A stretch of DNA of 64,000 nucleotides from an uncultured Gammaproteobacteria bacterium (GTDB taxonomy: Bacteria; Patescibacteriota; Patescibacteriia; Magasanikbacterales; GWA2-37-8). The position numbers and the translations under genes are program-made. Shown piece after piece: positions 18,683-29,252 of this stretch. The DNA lies in NCBI GenBank assembly GCA_964514995.1, contig CAZETA010000001.1, forward strand, positions 15,148 to 79,147, written 5' to 3'. The number at the start of each line of letters is the position of its first letter. The stretch's first letter is position 1. Below the pieces are notes generated by a model. That model was not told the DNA's origin. It saw nothing but the letters and a program-made list of their open reading frames with translations, and did not search any database.

Positions 18683-20776
18683 TTATTCAGGTTTCGGCCT
18701 AAAAATTCTTGATATCGGTTTTCTTACAAATTTTGTGCTGCAGTCTGCTGTGATACAAATCGCGCCGTAGACTACCTGTCCATCACTATATCTTTTGTTC
18801 GGATCAGTGGTTTGAAACTGCTGAACCTGGCCTTGAATCACTTGCGCTCTGCCGTCAGATAGCCATTTATCAAAAATCATGGCATGGTTGCCCCGACAAA
18901 CATCACCGTTTCCATTATATATCCAAAATGCATCTCCGGGCCTCATTTTTTTAATTGCTTCTGTTAGTTTAGTTTCGCTCAAGGTATACACTAGAGCGTC
19001 TAAGATTTTTTTAGTGGAGGCTGCCCTTGCATCGACACACTCTTTGCTTCTCTTGCCCTTATCTTTGCATGTTGTTTGGCAATCGGTCTGTTCTCGTGAC
19101 ATGCTATTTATATTGGTTGGCCAAGAGAAGATGGTTTCGGTATTTTCCTGTGTTTTACATCCGCCCTTTGTATACAGGCATGTTTTGGGATATTTAGGCG
19201 TTTCCACGCCGGCGAGAGAGAAAATCGTGCCAGCGGTTCTTCCGCAAGATCCAAATCGTACGCCACATTTTGCTGCAGCATCAGCTACTTGCAATATACG
19301 GTCTCCCGTTGTCTGGCCTGTAATAACAGTTTCGATTTTACTATAAAATTCAAGAGTACGAGCATCTTCATTCGGTGATTTTGCTTGCGCCTCAACAGGT
19401 AGGTCTAGAGTTATGGGGCAGGTAAGAAATTTAGGCGTCTCGTTTACGACTTCGTTTGCGTCTTCGGGCGATATAGTTTCCTCGGTAGTTTGCTGTATTT
19501 CGTTAAAGTCAGGCAAGTTTTTTCTTTCTACCACCTTCACCTTGAGCGCATTAAACTCGATAAGGTTAGGATTGACATTGTATAAGATTGCAAAAGAACC
19601 CCAGGCGATAACTAGGCCGATCAGGGCGTGTGTAATTTTTTTGTAGAATTCTTGGGTGCCTTCACCGCTAGCGCTAGATGTGATGATGCGTACCCCTGCT
19701 AAAATAATCATCACAACTGCCACAATACTGACTATTCCAATACCAAATTTGTATAGTGTAGAGATAAACTGAGCAATCCACGGAATAAGAATATATGTTC
19801 CGGTTTTGTCGCTTTTTATAAACGAGTCACTTAGTTTTAAGCCAGGAAAATTAATTTGCAGGAGGGGCTTTTTTGCGTTTATTTCGGCTAAAATAACTTC
19901 AAGCTTTGTCTTTGCAGACGTTTCTTCGGATTGTTGTTGACTGCAACCGTCGTTTATTAGATGGTCAAAAAAACAGAGTTCTGGTATTGCATAGTGATCT
20001 GCGGCAATCTTTGTGTAGGGTATCTTGGCGTTAGTGAGCTGGCTATAATAGTCTGCACCAAAACTTTTAATACTTGCGCCGTATCGATATGCGGACCTAA
20101 ATTCGTCTGAGTTGGATACATCTAACCCGTCTTTGTTTTCAGTATTAGGTTTTATGTAGATTCTTTTTTCACCGCTTGAATACGCGTTAATCTCGGAACA
20201 CCAGCTTGCCCAGCAGCCGTCAAATATCAGGATTTTTTCAGGGTTATAGTATTTCGCAAATTCTTTTACGATATTAGCGCCGGCCCCATGCCCAGCGACT
20301 GTTGAGATGGTTAAAGGGGAATTAAGCACTTTTGCATGCAGCGCAATTAACGCTTCCTGCAAGTATTTGTCAAATTTTTCTTTAGTAAATTCCTTTACGT
20401 GTAGTCCGTTACCCGCATCCATTTGAGGGATTAGAATGGCTATGTCTTCCTGTGCAGCACTGCGAAGGGAGACTTTACTACACCATTTAAATTCTTTGCA
20501 AACTGCTGCCGGGTCAATAATGTGACATTCTTTACAGGCGGGAGGATTTAGCCCGTGAAAAAAAAGATAAATTCGGTCTATTTTTTGGGCGTTTTTAGGA
20601 TAGATAATACCGTTTGTGCCATGTAAAAAGGCGGTTCCGTCAGTTGTTGTCGATTGGTAGGTATACAGAACGGCTCCATCAACTTCTTCTTCTGCGGCCC
20701 TGATTGAAGTAGGCAGTAAAAAAAACAGTGATGTAAAAAATAGCAGGAAAAATATTTTTTTTACGCCAATTTTCAT
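18683..20776 (-). CDS. Secreted/membrane protein: alpha/beta-hydrolase-like domain, CPR pilin-like TM hairpin and Cys-rich putative amidase domain
   Basis: Signal peptide; FFHG and GHGAG motifs; pilin-like GIVSIVAVVMIILAGVRII...KITHALIGLVI...LYNVNP; C-terminal SCGRT...PGD...HAMIF. Confidence 0.6.
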   Translation of the reverse strand: MKIGVKKIFFLLFFTSLFFLLPTSIRAAEEEVDGAVLYTYQSTTTDGTAFLHGTNGIIYPKNAQKIDRIYLFFHGLNPPACKECHIIDPAAVCKEFKWCSKVSLRSAAQEDIAILIPQMDAGNGLHVKEFTKEKFDKYLQEALIALHAKVLNSPLTISTVAGHGAGANIVKEFAKYYNPEKILIFDGCWASWCSEINAYSSGEKRIYIKPNTENKDGLDVSNSDEFRSAYRYGASIKSFGADYYSQLTNAKIPYTKIAADHYAIPELCFFDHLINDGCSQQQSEETSAKTKLEVILAEINAKKPLLQINFPGLKLSDSFIKSDKTGTYILIPWIAQFISTLYKFGIGIVSIVAVVMIILAGVRIITSSASGEGTQEFYKKITHALIGLVIAWGSFAILYNVNPNLIEFNALKVKVVERKNLPDFNEIQQTTEETISPEDANEVVNETPKFLTCPITLDLPVEAQAKSPNEDARTLEFYSKIETVITGQTTGDRILQVADAAAKCGVRFGSCGRTAGTIFSLAGVETPKYPKTCLYTKGGCKTQENTETIFSWPTNINSMSREQTDCQTTCKDKGKRSKECVDARAASTKKILDALVYTLSETKLTEAIKKMRPGDAFWIYNGNGDVCRGNHAMIFDKWLSDGRAQVIQGQVQQFQTTDPNKRYSDGQVVYGAICITADCSTKFVRKPISRIFRPKPE

Positions 20777-20777
20777 A

Positions 20778-21437
20778 TTATTTTTTTATGAACTGTGCCA
20801 GCATGTCGTTAAGATTGATGTCTTCACGAGTGTTAATCAGCTTGTTGTTTACAAAAATTATCGGCAATGCCCCCAAATCAAGACTTTTTTCAATCTGTAA
20901 GGACTCTTCGATTTTCTGTTTGGCTGCAGTGCCGTTTGCGCACTGCCAGATTTTTTCTGTATCAAGATTTAATCCCCGGGTCATATTGCTTATCTCAGAT
21001 TCGTTTAGGTTAGCCCTACTCTCGGCGGCAGCCTCTACAAACTGCCAAAATTTCTTTGTATCTTGTTGGGATATACACCAGCCAGCTCGGTTTGCTAAAT
21101 CAGAGTTTTTGGAAAATATTTTTTCTTTTGGAGCATCTTTCCAGATCAAGCGCATTTCTTGCGGATGTGTAGCTATGAATTCTTTAATTGCATTGTGAAA
21201 CGCCAAACACTGTCGACAGCTAAAGTCCATGAATTCTATAACAGTAATCGCCGCGCCAGGGTTGCCAAGGATAGGGTCGGTTTCAGAAATTGGTATGAAA
21301 GTACTCTTTTCGGAAATCAGAGGAGTCGGATTTCTTGTGACAGTAATTTCTTTGAAACGTTTGATCTGCGATAGGAATAATAAGCCGGCTAATGCGATCA
21401 GGGCGAATAAGAGAAGAAAAGTTTTTTTGTGTGGCAT
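20778..21437 (-). CDS. DsbA-family thioredoxin-fold protein
   Basis: N-terminal TM; DPILGNPGAAITVIEFMDFSCRQC (CxxC); cis-Pro region LP.IFVN. Confidence 0.85.
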   Translation of the reverse strand: MPHKKTFLLLFALIALAGLLFLSQIKRFKEITVTRNPTPLISEKSTFIPISETDPILGNPGAAITVIEFMDFSCRQCLAFHNAIKEFIATHPQEMRLIWKDAPKEKIFSKNSDLANRAGWCISQQDTKKFWQFVEAAAESRANLNESEISNMTRGLNLDTEKIWQCANGTAAKQKIEESLQIEKSLDLGALPIIFVNNKLINTREDINLNDMLAQFIKK

Positions 21438-21449
21438 ATAGAGCGAAGA

Positions 21450-22679
21450 TTACAGCTGTGATTCAAATACACCAGTCTTGTTTAAGTCGGTAAATATAAT
21501 TTTATTTTTTGCCGCATCGTAAAAAATATTACTTATATTGTAATCAGCGTTTAGACTGATCGGTGTTTTGGTGTTGGTTTTTAGATCGATTTTATATAGA
21601 CTGTCAGAGCTGTATCTGGCAACTTCACGGGAAAGACCCGCGCCAGTGGGCAGTTCGTTTGGTACGGCGCAATAAATCGTTTCATCATTTGCAAAAGTGC
21701 ATTTGTCAGCCCAAGTATTTAGTTGAAGCAGCTTGCGATTATCGCCGATACTGTCTCCGTAAGCATCGGTTAGCCATAATTCCGGTTTGAAGTCGCTGCG
21801 TGAATTGTAGACGCTGTAGAGTAGTTTTTTTCCAGAACTAGACCATTGAGGTGAAAATCCAGCTCCTTCGACGATGGCAGATTTGAAGTTTTCTCCGTTA
21901 AGACCGATAAAAAGAACTTCCCGTCGTTCACCGCCTTGCGGCTCTCCGGTTTGGGAGAATGCCACTACTTGCTGGCTAGGAGACCAGTTGATGATTACTT
22001 TATCGGCATTCTCGCCCATAGGCTCTATAAATTTTGCGCCTGTAAAATCAGTATTAGCCGTTATCAGCCATCTGCTTGATGGATCAAGGCCAAGACTTTT
22101 GGCTGCAATTTGATTGCCATCTCCGGAGAATGAGAAGTCTTGCCAATGCTTTGGCAAACTTACTTGTTTGTTTGTGTCAAAATTATATATTATTTTTGAA
22201 TTATCGGGATATTCAATCACTGCCTGGTTTTTATTTTTTGCCCAAGTTACTTTTTGGGCGTTATAAAAAACTTGATCAGACAATTGTTTGGTTTCACCGT
22301 TCGGGGTGATGCGGTAAAATTTACCATCATCTGCGCTGTAGTAGCGGAAATCACCGCCGTTACTGAGTGATGGATTGGTAGCTGTTTCGCTTAGAATTTG
22401 GTTAGTTTGTGACGGTTTGTAATAGGTAGGATTTTCTGATTGGATAATGCTTGAAACAGGCAGGAGTTCTCCGTTTGGACCCACCGCAGTGTTTACTGTG
22501 GAAGTGGTTTTTACTCCCGATTCAGGGAATTGGCCAGCGGTTGAAGAGGGAGGGTTTGCCCCATCTGTATTCTGTCCAATTTGCGAGGTTTTTATAAAGA
22601 AATAGTATAAGCCGTAACCTACCAAACCGGCAACGGTCAATAAAAGAATGGCCAAAAATACTCGTTTCGCTATAGACAT
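21450..22679 (-). CDS. Membrane-anchored beta-propeller (TolB/WD40-like) protein
   Basis: N-terminal TM; repeated W/F-S-P/G-x-G/Q blade motifs. Confidence 0.65.
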   Translation of the reverse strand: MSIAKRVFLAILLLTVAGLVGYGLYYFFIKTSQIGQNTDGANPPSSTAGQFPESGVKTTSTVNTAVGPNGELLPVSSIIQSENPTYYKPSQTNQILSETATNPSLSNGGDFRYYSADDGKFYRITPNGETKQLSDQVFYNAQKVTWAKNKNQAVIEYPDNSKIIYNFDTNKQVSLPKHWQDFSFSGDGNQIAAKSLGLDPSSRWLITANTDFTGAKFIEPMGENADKVIINWSPSQQVVAFSQTGEPQGGERREVLFIGLNGENFKSAIVEGAGFSPQWSSSGKKLLYSVYNSRSDFKPELWLTDAYGDSIGDNRKLLQLNTWADKCTFANDETIYCAVPNELPTGAGLSREVARYSSDSLYKIDLKTNTKTPISLNADYNISNIFYDAAKNKIIFTDLNKTGVFESQL

Positions 22680-22770
22680 ATATATGCAAGTTAAGTCCTC
22701 ATGTATACCTATTATACCACAAAATTTCTACGGTTTATTCTCTCAGAGCCTATCTGTCTAATAATGGAAA

Positions 22771-23601
22771 TTACATTTGGATTTGTTTTTTTGCCGCAGC
22801 AAGTTTACTAAGTTGTTTTCCGATGTCGACTTTTTTCTGGAGCACTTTAATTTGATTTTGCCAGGCAAGTTTTTGCTTTTTAAGGTCCTCTATTAATTCA
22901 TTGACTTGTTGTGTGATACGGCCTTTGAAAAAAGGGATTTTTCCAATAAAATAAAATATTGCTAAGAATGGGGCGTATAGCGGCGATAGAACGACAGCAA
23001 TTATTGGAATAAAGATCGTTGGCAGTGTGAATAGAACTACGCGTATGAGGAAGATAAGTATATCTAGTACGGCTGCAAGTAGCTTCGCCCCCGTCAGTAC
23101 GCCGATAAGAGCGCTAATCGTCCCTATCAATTTCTCCAGAGCCTTCATTTTCGGTTCATCCGCTAAGTTTTTTGCTGTTTTTTTTAACTGGTCCACTATC
23201 TCCTCTATAAGAAAAGTTATTCTAGGCTGGAAGAAGCGAAATAAGCCTAGGGCGCCGCTTTTTCTCTTAAAATCAGTCAGGCTGCCCTCGAGTTCGTCTA
23301 ACTCTTTTTTCAATTGAGCTTCTTGTTGAGCGATTTGCGCCAGCTGGCGTTGTTTATTGTCTGACATTTGCCCCGCAATTTCTGCCTCCGCTTCAGGAGG
23401 TATTTTGTTTGGTTCCCCCGCTTGGACAATTTTAGGCGAGCTGTTGTTCCAAAAAGCAACGTCGCTTATCCAGGGAGTTTTTATGGTTTGATTGTTTTGA
23501 CCCGAGACTCTTTGTCCGCCAGCTGATAACGCCTGTTCGCGAACTAAAGAGTCGCGAATTTCGGCGTCGGTATTTGTGGGCAAAGACTGGCTATTTGCCA
23601 T
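22771..23601 (-). CDS. Hypothetical coiled-coil membrane protein
   Basis: 276-aa ORF with coiled-coil stretches flanking a hydrophobic block. Confidence 0.6.
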   Translation of the reverse strand: MANSQSLPTNTDAEIRDSLVREQALSAGGQRVSGQNNQTIKTPWISDVAFWNNSSPKIVQAGEPNKIPPEAEAEIAGQMSDNKQRQLAQIAQQEAQLKKELDELEGSLTDFKRKSGALGLFRFFQPRITFLIEEIVDQLKKTAKNLADEPKMKALEKLIGTISALIGVLTGAKLLAAVLDILIFLIRVVLFTLPTIFIPIIAVVLSPLYAPFLAIFYFIGKIPFFKGRITQQVNELIEDLKKQKLAWQNQIKVLQKKVDIGKQLSKLAAAKKQIQM

Positions 23602-23608
23602 AGATTAT

Positions 23609-26110
23609 TTATTGTATGGCCAATGTATTATTCTGCAAGACAAGACGGTGAGTTGGTTTGATTTTTTCTTTGAGAATAATATCGGCCATGAGTTTTTCTA
23701 TATCGCGACGAATTGTGCGCCGGATTTCTCGCGCACTGTTATTATCCGGTTGATGTTCAACAAACCAAGTAAATACGCCATCCTTTGTTCTTAGAGTGGT
23801 ATGGTAGTTCTCTAACTGTTTATTAAGATCGTTAATTTCAAGAGCGGCAATTTTTGCCAAGTCAGATTTATCCAAAGTTTTAAATAAAGAGATTTGATCA
23901 AGACGGTGTATTAGTTCTGGAGAAAAAAAATCTTTTAATTTCTCCGTGACCAGTTTTTTATTATCAGTATGTGATTGATTTTTATTAAAACCAATTTGTG
24001 ATTTTTTGATGTCATTTGCTCCTAAAGAGGTGGTAAGAATAATAATAGCATGTTTAAGAGAAATAGTTTTACCAATCGAATCAGTAACGGTGCCGTTTTC
24101 TAGTATTTGAAGCAAGAGTTTGCTGACATCTTTATGCGCTTTGTCTATCTCGTCAAAAAGAATCACGCAATACGGATTCATTTTGATGCGGTCGGTAAAT
24201 TGGTTTGCTTCTTTGTAGCCAACATATCCAGCCGGAGAGCCGAGCAGTTTGGAAACGCCAAAACCTTCGTTAAATTCGCTCATATTCAGGTGAATAAGCG
24301 AGTTTTGGTGTGGATATAGCGTTTTGGCCAGCATTTTTGCCAATTCGGTTTTGCCAACACCGCTTTCACCGACAAAAAGAAACGAGGCTAAGGGCCGGTT
24401 GGGGCTGGATAGTTCTAGTTGGGTTTGTAGGATAATTTGGGAAACCTCTCGCAATACTTCGTCTTGGCCGATAATGTGTTTGCGAAGCTCGGTCTCTAAC
24501 CCGGAGGTGCGAGTCTTTCCGTCAAAAGAAATATTTTTTATCGGGGCGTTAATAGTTTTAGCCAACTGTTCCATCACGTCTTTGTCGGTGATAGTCTCAA
24601 GTCTTACTTTCTTATTTTTTGGCGTCGAAATTTTATCTTCTAGGTTTTTTATATCTTTCAAAAGCTGCTGTTCTTTTTCTTTTAACTTTACGGCTTCATC
24701 AAATTGTTCGCCACTCGCTGCATCTTCTTTGGTGGTGACAACCTTGGCAAGTTCCTGCTTTAGTTGTTGGAGTTTTGATTTTAGCGCGCTTGGTTTTAGT
24801 GACAGTCGTTTGGCTGCGGCAGTCTCGTCAAGCAAGTCGATAGCTTTGTCTGGCAATAACTTATTTGTAATATAGCGATCCGCTAAGATAGCGGCTTTAG
24901 TGATGGCTGCGTCAGTGATAAGTAGATTGTGGTAGGCCTCATAATTTTTTTTGATACCTATCATGATTTTGATGGTGTCTGCCACGGAAGATTCTTTGAC
25001 GTGCACAGGTTGGAAGCGGCGCTCGAGCGCTGCGTCGCTTTCAATATGTTTTTTAAATTCCGCCGGGGTGGTCGCGCCGATACAGCGGATTTGTCCGCGA
25101 GCCAAGGCGGGTTTGAGTAGATTAGCAGCGTCCATATTGCCTTGATTGGATCCGGCGCCGATAATATTGTGCAGTTCATCGATAAATAGAATGACGTCTT
25201 CGTTTTCGCTTGCTTCTTCTATTACTTGCCGCAATCTTCCCTCAAATTCGCCGCGATAGGCAGTGCCCGCTATCATCATGCCCATATCGAGTGCGTAGAT
25301 TTTTTTACCAAGCAAAATATCCGGCACATCGCCAGCGGCAATTTTTTTGGCCAGACCTTCGACAATTGCGGTCTTACCGACCCCAGGATCGCCGAGAAGA
25401 ATCGGATTGTTTTTGGTGCGGCGACAGAGGATCTGCATCATGCGTTCGATTTCGTTCGTACGGCCGATAACCGGATCGATGCCAGGCTCGATTTCCGGAC
25501 TCGTCAACTCAACACCAAAAAAATCCAGAGCAGATTCTTTTTTATAATGTTTTTTATGGGATGTCATAGCGGAGTTTTGTTGAGAGGCCAGAAACGCATC
25601 GTCAGACAGGCTTTCTTGAATACGGTCAATGACCTCGGGAATTTTATTGATCTGGGGGAATTGAGAAGCGTTAGTCAAAACAACATCCACCTGTTCTTCC
25701 AGCTCGCTTTTTTGTATCTTGTTTTGTTTGAAAAGCTGCTCGAGCCTTTCGTCTGTGACAGCAATAAGCGCGGCCAGTAAATGTTCAGTACCCAGATAAT
25801 TGTGTTTGTTTTGCTGGGCGACGATAATGGCTTTTTCCAACGCGCTCTTGGCATTGGTAGAGAATGGTGACAATTGGGCGTATGGTTTTTGGACAGAGGC
25901 AGGCTTGAATTTGATGAGTACATCTTCGATTTTTTTGGCGTCCAAATTATACCGGCCCAAAATTTCATTGGCCATTGAGCCTTTTTGTAGAGAGAGTGCC
26001 AGGAGAAGGTGAGTAGGCTCAACAGAAAGACTTTCGAGGTTCGTGGCAATCTCGATACTTTTCATAAGCACCTCGCGCAGGTTGGTGGAAAAACGGTCAA
26101 TTATTGACAT
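23609..26110 (-). CDS. clpC: ATP-dependent Clp protease ATP-binding subunit (ClpC type)
   Basis: Two Clp_N repeats, GDPGVGKT and GESGVGKT, FIDELH, LERRFQ, GYVGY pore loop, UVR-like middle domain. Confidence 0.9.
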   Translation of the reverse strand: MSIIDRFSTNLREVLMKSIEIATNLESLSVEPTHLLLALSLQKGSMANEILGRYNLDAKKIEDVLIKFKPASVQKPYAQLSPFSTNAKSALEKAIIVAQQNKHNYLGTEHLLAALIAVTDERLEQLFKQNKIQKSELEEQVDVVLTNASQFPQINKIPEVIDRIQESLSDDAFLASQQNSAMTSHKKHYKKESALDFFGVELTSPEIEPGIDPVIGRTNEIERMMQILCRRTKNNPILLGDPGVGKTAIVEGLAKKIAAGDVPDILLGKKIYALDMGMMIAGTAYRGEFEGRLRQVIEEASENEDVILFIDELHNIIGAGSNQGNMDAANLLKPALARGQIRCIGATTPAEFKKHIESDAALERRFQPVHVKESSVADTIKIMIGIKKNYEAYHNLLITDAAITKAAILADRYITNKLLPDKAIDLLDETAAAKRLSLKPSALKSKLQQLKQELAKVVTTKEDAASGEQFDEAVKLKEKEQQLLKDIKNLEDKISTPKNKKVRLETITDKDVMEQLAKTINAPIKNISFDGKTRTSGLETELRKHIIGQDEVLREVSQIILQTQLELSSPNRPLASFLFVGESGVGKTELAKMLAKTLYPHQNSLIHLNMSEFNEGFGVSKLLGSPAGYVGYKEANQFTDRIKMNPYCVILFDEIDKAHKDVSKLLLQILENGTVTDSIGKTISLKHAIIILTTSLGANDIKKSQIGFNKNQSHTDNKKLVTEKLKDFFSPELIHRLDQISLFKTLDKSDLAKIAALEINDLNKQLENYHTTLRTKDGVFTWFVEHQPDNNSAREIRRTIRRDIEKLMADIILKEKIKPTHRLVLQNNTLAIQ

Positions 26111-26188
26111 ATAATTTTGACTTGAATTAGCAGGTAATATATACTAAAAACGCTCATAAGTCAAAGTGTTTTTCATCTAAAAAATTTT

Positions 26189-27556
26189 ATGGAAATAGTT
26201 AAAAATATCTTTAAAGCCTACGATATCAGAGGCGTGTATCCGAGCGAGTTGGATGAAGAGGTTGCCTATCGTACCGGCCGGGCTTTTGCCGAACTGATTA
26301 AATCTGAGAATCGGGGGAAAAATTTGACGGTGGCAGTTGGTCAGGACATGAGAAATTCTTCGCCGAGTTTGTTTGCGGCAGTGACGCGGGGAATTATGGA
26401 GCAAGGGGTTGATGTTGTTGATATCGGCCTGGTGTCTACGCCAACCTTTTATTTTGGTGTTAGTTATTACGGCTATGATGCCGGATTGCAAGTGTCTGCT
26501 TCGCATAATCCGGGCAAGTACAATGGTTTCAAGATGACTCGAGCCAAGGCTGTGCCAGTGAGTGGCGATACAGGTATTATGCAAATCAGAGATAGAGTAG
26601 TTGAAGATACTTTTCCTCAAGTTATGGAGAAGGGAAGTATGTCAAAGCGTGAAGGAGTCTTGCAAGATCAAATACGATTTGGGCTAACACAAGCTGATAT
26701 CAGTAAAATAAAGTCTTATAAAATTGTAGTTGATACAGCTAATGGCATGGGCGGCCCTCTTATGAAGGAACTTTTTAAAAATCTACCATGCGAACTGGTA
26801 CCGCTGTATTTTGAACTTGATGGGAATTTTCCTAATCACGAAGCCGACCCGCTCAAAGATGAGAATAATAAAGCGTTGCAGCAAAAAGTGGTAGAGATCG
26901 GAGCTGATTTGGGTATTGCGCTTGATGGTGATGCAGACAGGATTTTCTTTATAGACAACGCCGGTATGACCGTCGAGCCAGCCATTATGCGGGGCATATT
27001 GGCAAAGATTTTCTTGCGAGACAATCCAGGCGCGAATATCTGTTATGATATTCGTCCGGGGAAAATCACAATAGATATGATAGAAGAAAACGGCGGAGTG
27101 CCGGTAGTGACGCGAGTAGGACATTCACTCATCAAGGAAAAAATGCGCGAAGTAGATTCGCCATTTTCGGGAGAGTCATCCGGACACTTTTTTGTCAAAA
27201 TGCCGTACGGTTCATTTGAGATGCCGGAAATTATTGCATTAAAAGTTTTAGAAGAGTTATCTGCGAGTGGAAAAAATATGGCTGAGTATATTGCGCCACT
27301 ACAAAAATATTTTCATTCTGGAGAAATAAATTTTACCGTGGCTAATAAAGAAGCGGTATTTGCAAAGTTGAAAGAAACGTATGGAGCAAATTTGCAGTAT
27401 GATTTTGACGGCCTTTCTTTTGCCTGGCCTGACTGGTGGTTCAATGTCCGGGCTTCTAATACTGAAAATAAAATGAGGTTGAATTTAGAGGCTGTCAGTG
27501 AAGGGGTGATGGGTGAGAAGGTTGTAGAGGTAAGCAAGATTGTAAAAGGAGAGTAG
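26189..27556 (+). CDS. Phosphomannomutase/phosphoglucomutase
   Basis: FKAYDIRG, SASHNP, DGDADR, GESSGH, VRASNTE. Confidence 0.93.
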   Translation: MEIVKNIFKAYDIRGVYPSELDEEVAYRTGRAFAELIKSENRGKNLTVAVGQDMRNSSPSLFAAVTRGIMEQGVDVVDIGLVSTPTFYFGVSYYGYDAGLQVSASHNPGKYNGFKMTRAKAVPVSGDTGIMQIRDRVVEDTFPQVMEKGSMSKREGVLQDQIRFGLTQADISKIKSYKIVVDTANGMGGPLMKELFKNLPCELVPLYFELDGNFPNHEADPLKDENNKALQQKVVEIGADLGIALDGDADRIFFIDNAGMTVEPAIMRGILAKIFLRDNPGANICYDIRPGKITIDMIEENGGVPVVTRVGHSLIKEKMREVDSPFSGESSGHFFVKMPYGSFEMPEIIALKVLEELSASGKNMAEYIAPLQKYFHSGEINFTVANKEAVFAKLKETYGANLQYDFDGLSFAWPDWWFNVRASNTENKMRLNLEAVSEGVMGEKVVEVSKIVKGE

Positions 27557-27557
27557 T

Positions 27558-27989
27558 TTACGCATCAAAAAAATTTTTTCCAGTCCGTAAGGCTTCAAAA
27601 TAATTGTTCATAGTGCCGTATAGATTGGCGGGTAAGTTTTGTAAATCATACCATTCCCAACTCTCGCATTTGTCTGGTTCCATTACTTTTGGTTCGCCAC
27701 TTTTCCAATCCGCCACCAGGCCAATGTTCACATAATGTTTTGGAGCGTAATTTTTTAGATTATACAAACTCAAAAATCTAACATTTTGTATTTCAATTCC
27801 AGCCTCTTCAAGTGTTTCTCGTTTTGCGCATTCTTCAAAAGACTCCATGTGTTCTAGGTGTCCACCTGGCCCGGCATATTCATCTTCACCATCGCCGCCG
27901 GCATTCTTCCTTTTGCCTAAAAGTACTTTTCCGTCCTTAAAAATAACAACACCGATACCGACTTTAGGACGCTGGTCGGAAGTTTGCAT
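27558..27989 (-). CDS. Nudix hydrolase (NUDT15/MutT-like)
   Basis: PGGHLEHMESFEECAKRETLEEAG Nudix box; EPDKCESWEW. Confidence 0.9.
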   Translation of the reverse strand: MQTSDQRPKVGIGVVIFKDGKVLLGKRKNAGGDGEDEYAGPGGHLEHMESFEECAKRETLEEAGIEIQNVRFLSLYNLKNYAPKHYVNIGLVADWKSGEPKVMEPDKCESWEWYDLQNLPANLYGTMNNYFEALRTGKNFFDA

Positions 27990-27994
27990 ATTTA

Positions 27995-28861
27995 TTAAAT
28001 AACTACATTACGTAGTTTGTTTATCCGATCCTGAATCGGAGGATGAGTGGAAAATAAATTGGCGAGTTTTTTGCCTGAGAAAGGATTGGCAAAAAAGAGA
28101 TGGGCCGTGGCCTTGCTGGCTCTTTGCATGGGTATATTTTCTGCGGCAATTTTTTCCAAGGCATTTGCCAAGGCTTGTGGGTAGCGGGTAAGCAGCGATC
28201 CTGAGGCGTCAGCCAGATATTCACGGCGACGAGAAATGGCAAGTTTTATGAGCTCGGCTATAAGGGGAGAGAGGATAGCTAAGATTACGCCAACGATCAT
28301 CAGCACAGCCATGGCCTGTCCACCTTCACGACTATCGCGACGGCGAAAAAGATTGGTCCGTAAGAAAATATCGGCTAAAATTGTGATAGCGCCGACCATA
28401 ACAGCGACAAGCATCATGAAGCGAATATCATAGTTTTGGATGTGGGATAGCTCATGCGCCAAGACCCCCTCTAACTCTTCGTTGGTTAATTTTTCTATAG
28501 CGCCGGTAGTTACCGCCACTGAAGCGGTCTCTGGTTTGCGGCCGGTGGCAAAGGCGTTGATAGCTGGATCGGGGATAATATATATTTTTGGTACTGGCAT
28601 GCCGCTGGTGATACACAGATTTTCTATCATCCGAGAGACATACGGGTTATCCTCCTTAGCAATAGGCTTAGCGCCGCTCGTAAACAAGGCAATCTTATCT
28701 CCTTTAAAATAAGAAACGCTCGTCATGAGCACGGAGAATATAACAGCCAGAAATATTCCTTCGTAGCCAGCAAACAAATACCCTAAACCAAGGATAATAA
28801 TAATAAATATCATCATGAGGACTACTGAGCGTCTTTTGTTTGAGGTTATTTGGGAATACAT
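27995..28861 (-). CDS. htpX: Zinc metalloprotease HtpX (M48)
   Basis: NAFATG, HELSH, SRRREYLAD, STHPP. Confidence 0.93.
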   Translation of the reverse strand: MYSQITSNKRRSVVLMMIFIIIILGLGYLFAGYEGIFLAVIFSVLMTSVSYFKGDKIALFTSGAKPIAKEDNPYVSRMIENLCITSGMPVPKIYIIPDPAINAFATGRKPETASVAVTTGAIEKLTNEELEGVLAHELSHIQNYDIRFMMLVAVMVGAITILADIFLRTNLFRRRDSREGGQAMAVLMIVGVILAILSPLIAELIKLAISRRREYLADASGSLLTRYPQALANALEKIAAENIPMQRASKATAHLFFANPFSGKKLANLFSTHPPIQDRINKLRNVVI

Positions 28862-28864
28862 ATT

Positions 28865-29230
28865 TTATTTTTTATATTCCCCAATGTACGTAACTCGACA
28901 ATTGTTGCTATAATTAAAGAGTTCTAAGAGAAATTTGTTGTCTTTATCCGTCCAACGAAGTGATCGGGCGATCCCATAGTTTGTAACTTCTGAATGTTGA
29001 AACATGAGTATCCCGTACTTTTTAGAATAAAAAACAATATCATCAAAGTTATAGCTAGTCTCAGTCCCTGCAGTGATTAAATCTGTCATTTCTTTAATTT
29101 CATCACCTTCTTTTATGCCCTCTGCTAACTCGAATCCAATTTTATCCATTTTAGCTACTTCTACTTTTATTTTTTCTAAAGACAGCCTTGCCATATCTGC
29201 ATTTTTTCTGTATACTGCATCGTCTTCCAT
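28865..29230 (-). CDS. Hypothetical protein
   Basis: 121-aa AT-rich ORF filling the gap between lemA and htpX in the same orientation. Confidence 0.6.
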   Translation of the reverse strand: MEDDAVYRKNADMARLSLEKIKVEVAKMDKIGFELAEGIKEGDEIKEMTDLITAGTETSYNFDDIVFYSKKYGILMFQHSEVTNYGIARSLRWTDKDNKFLLELFNYSNNCRVTYIGEYKK

Positions 29231-29252
29231 ATTACACTGCTAGTTACTAAAT

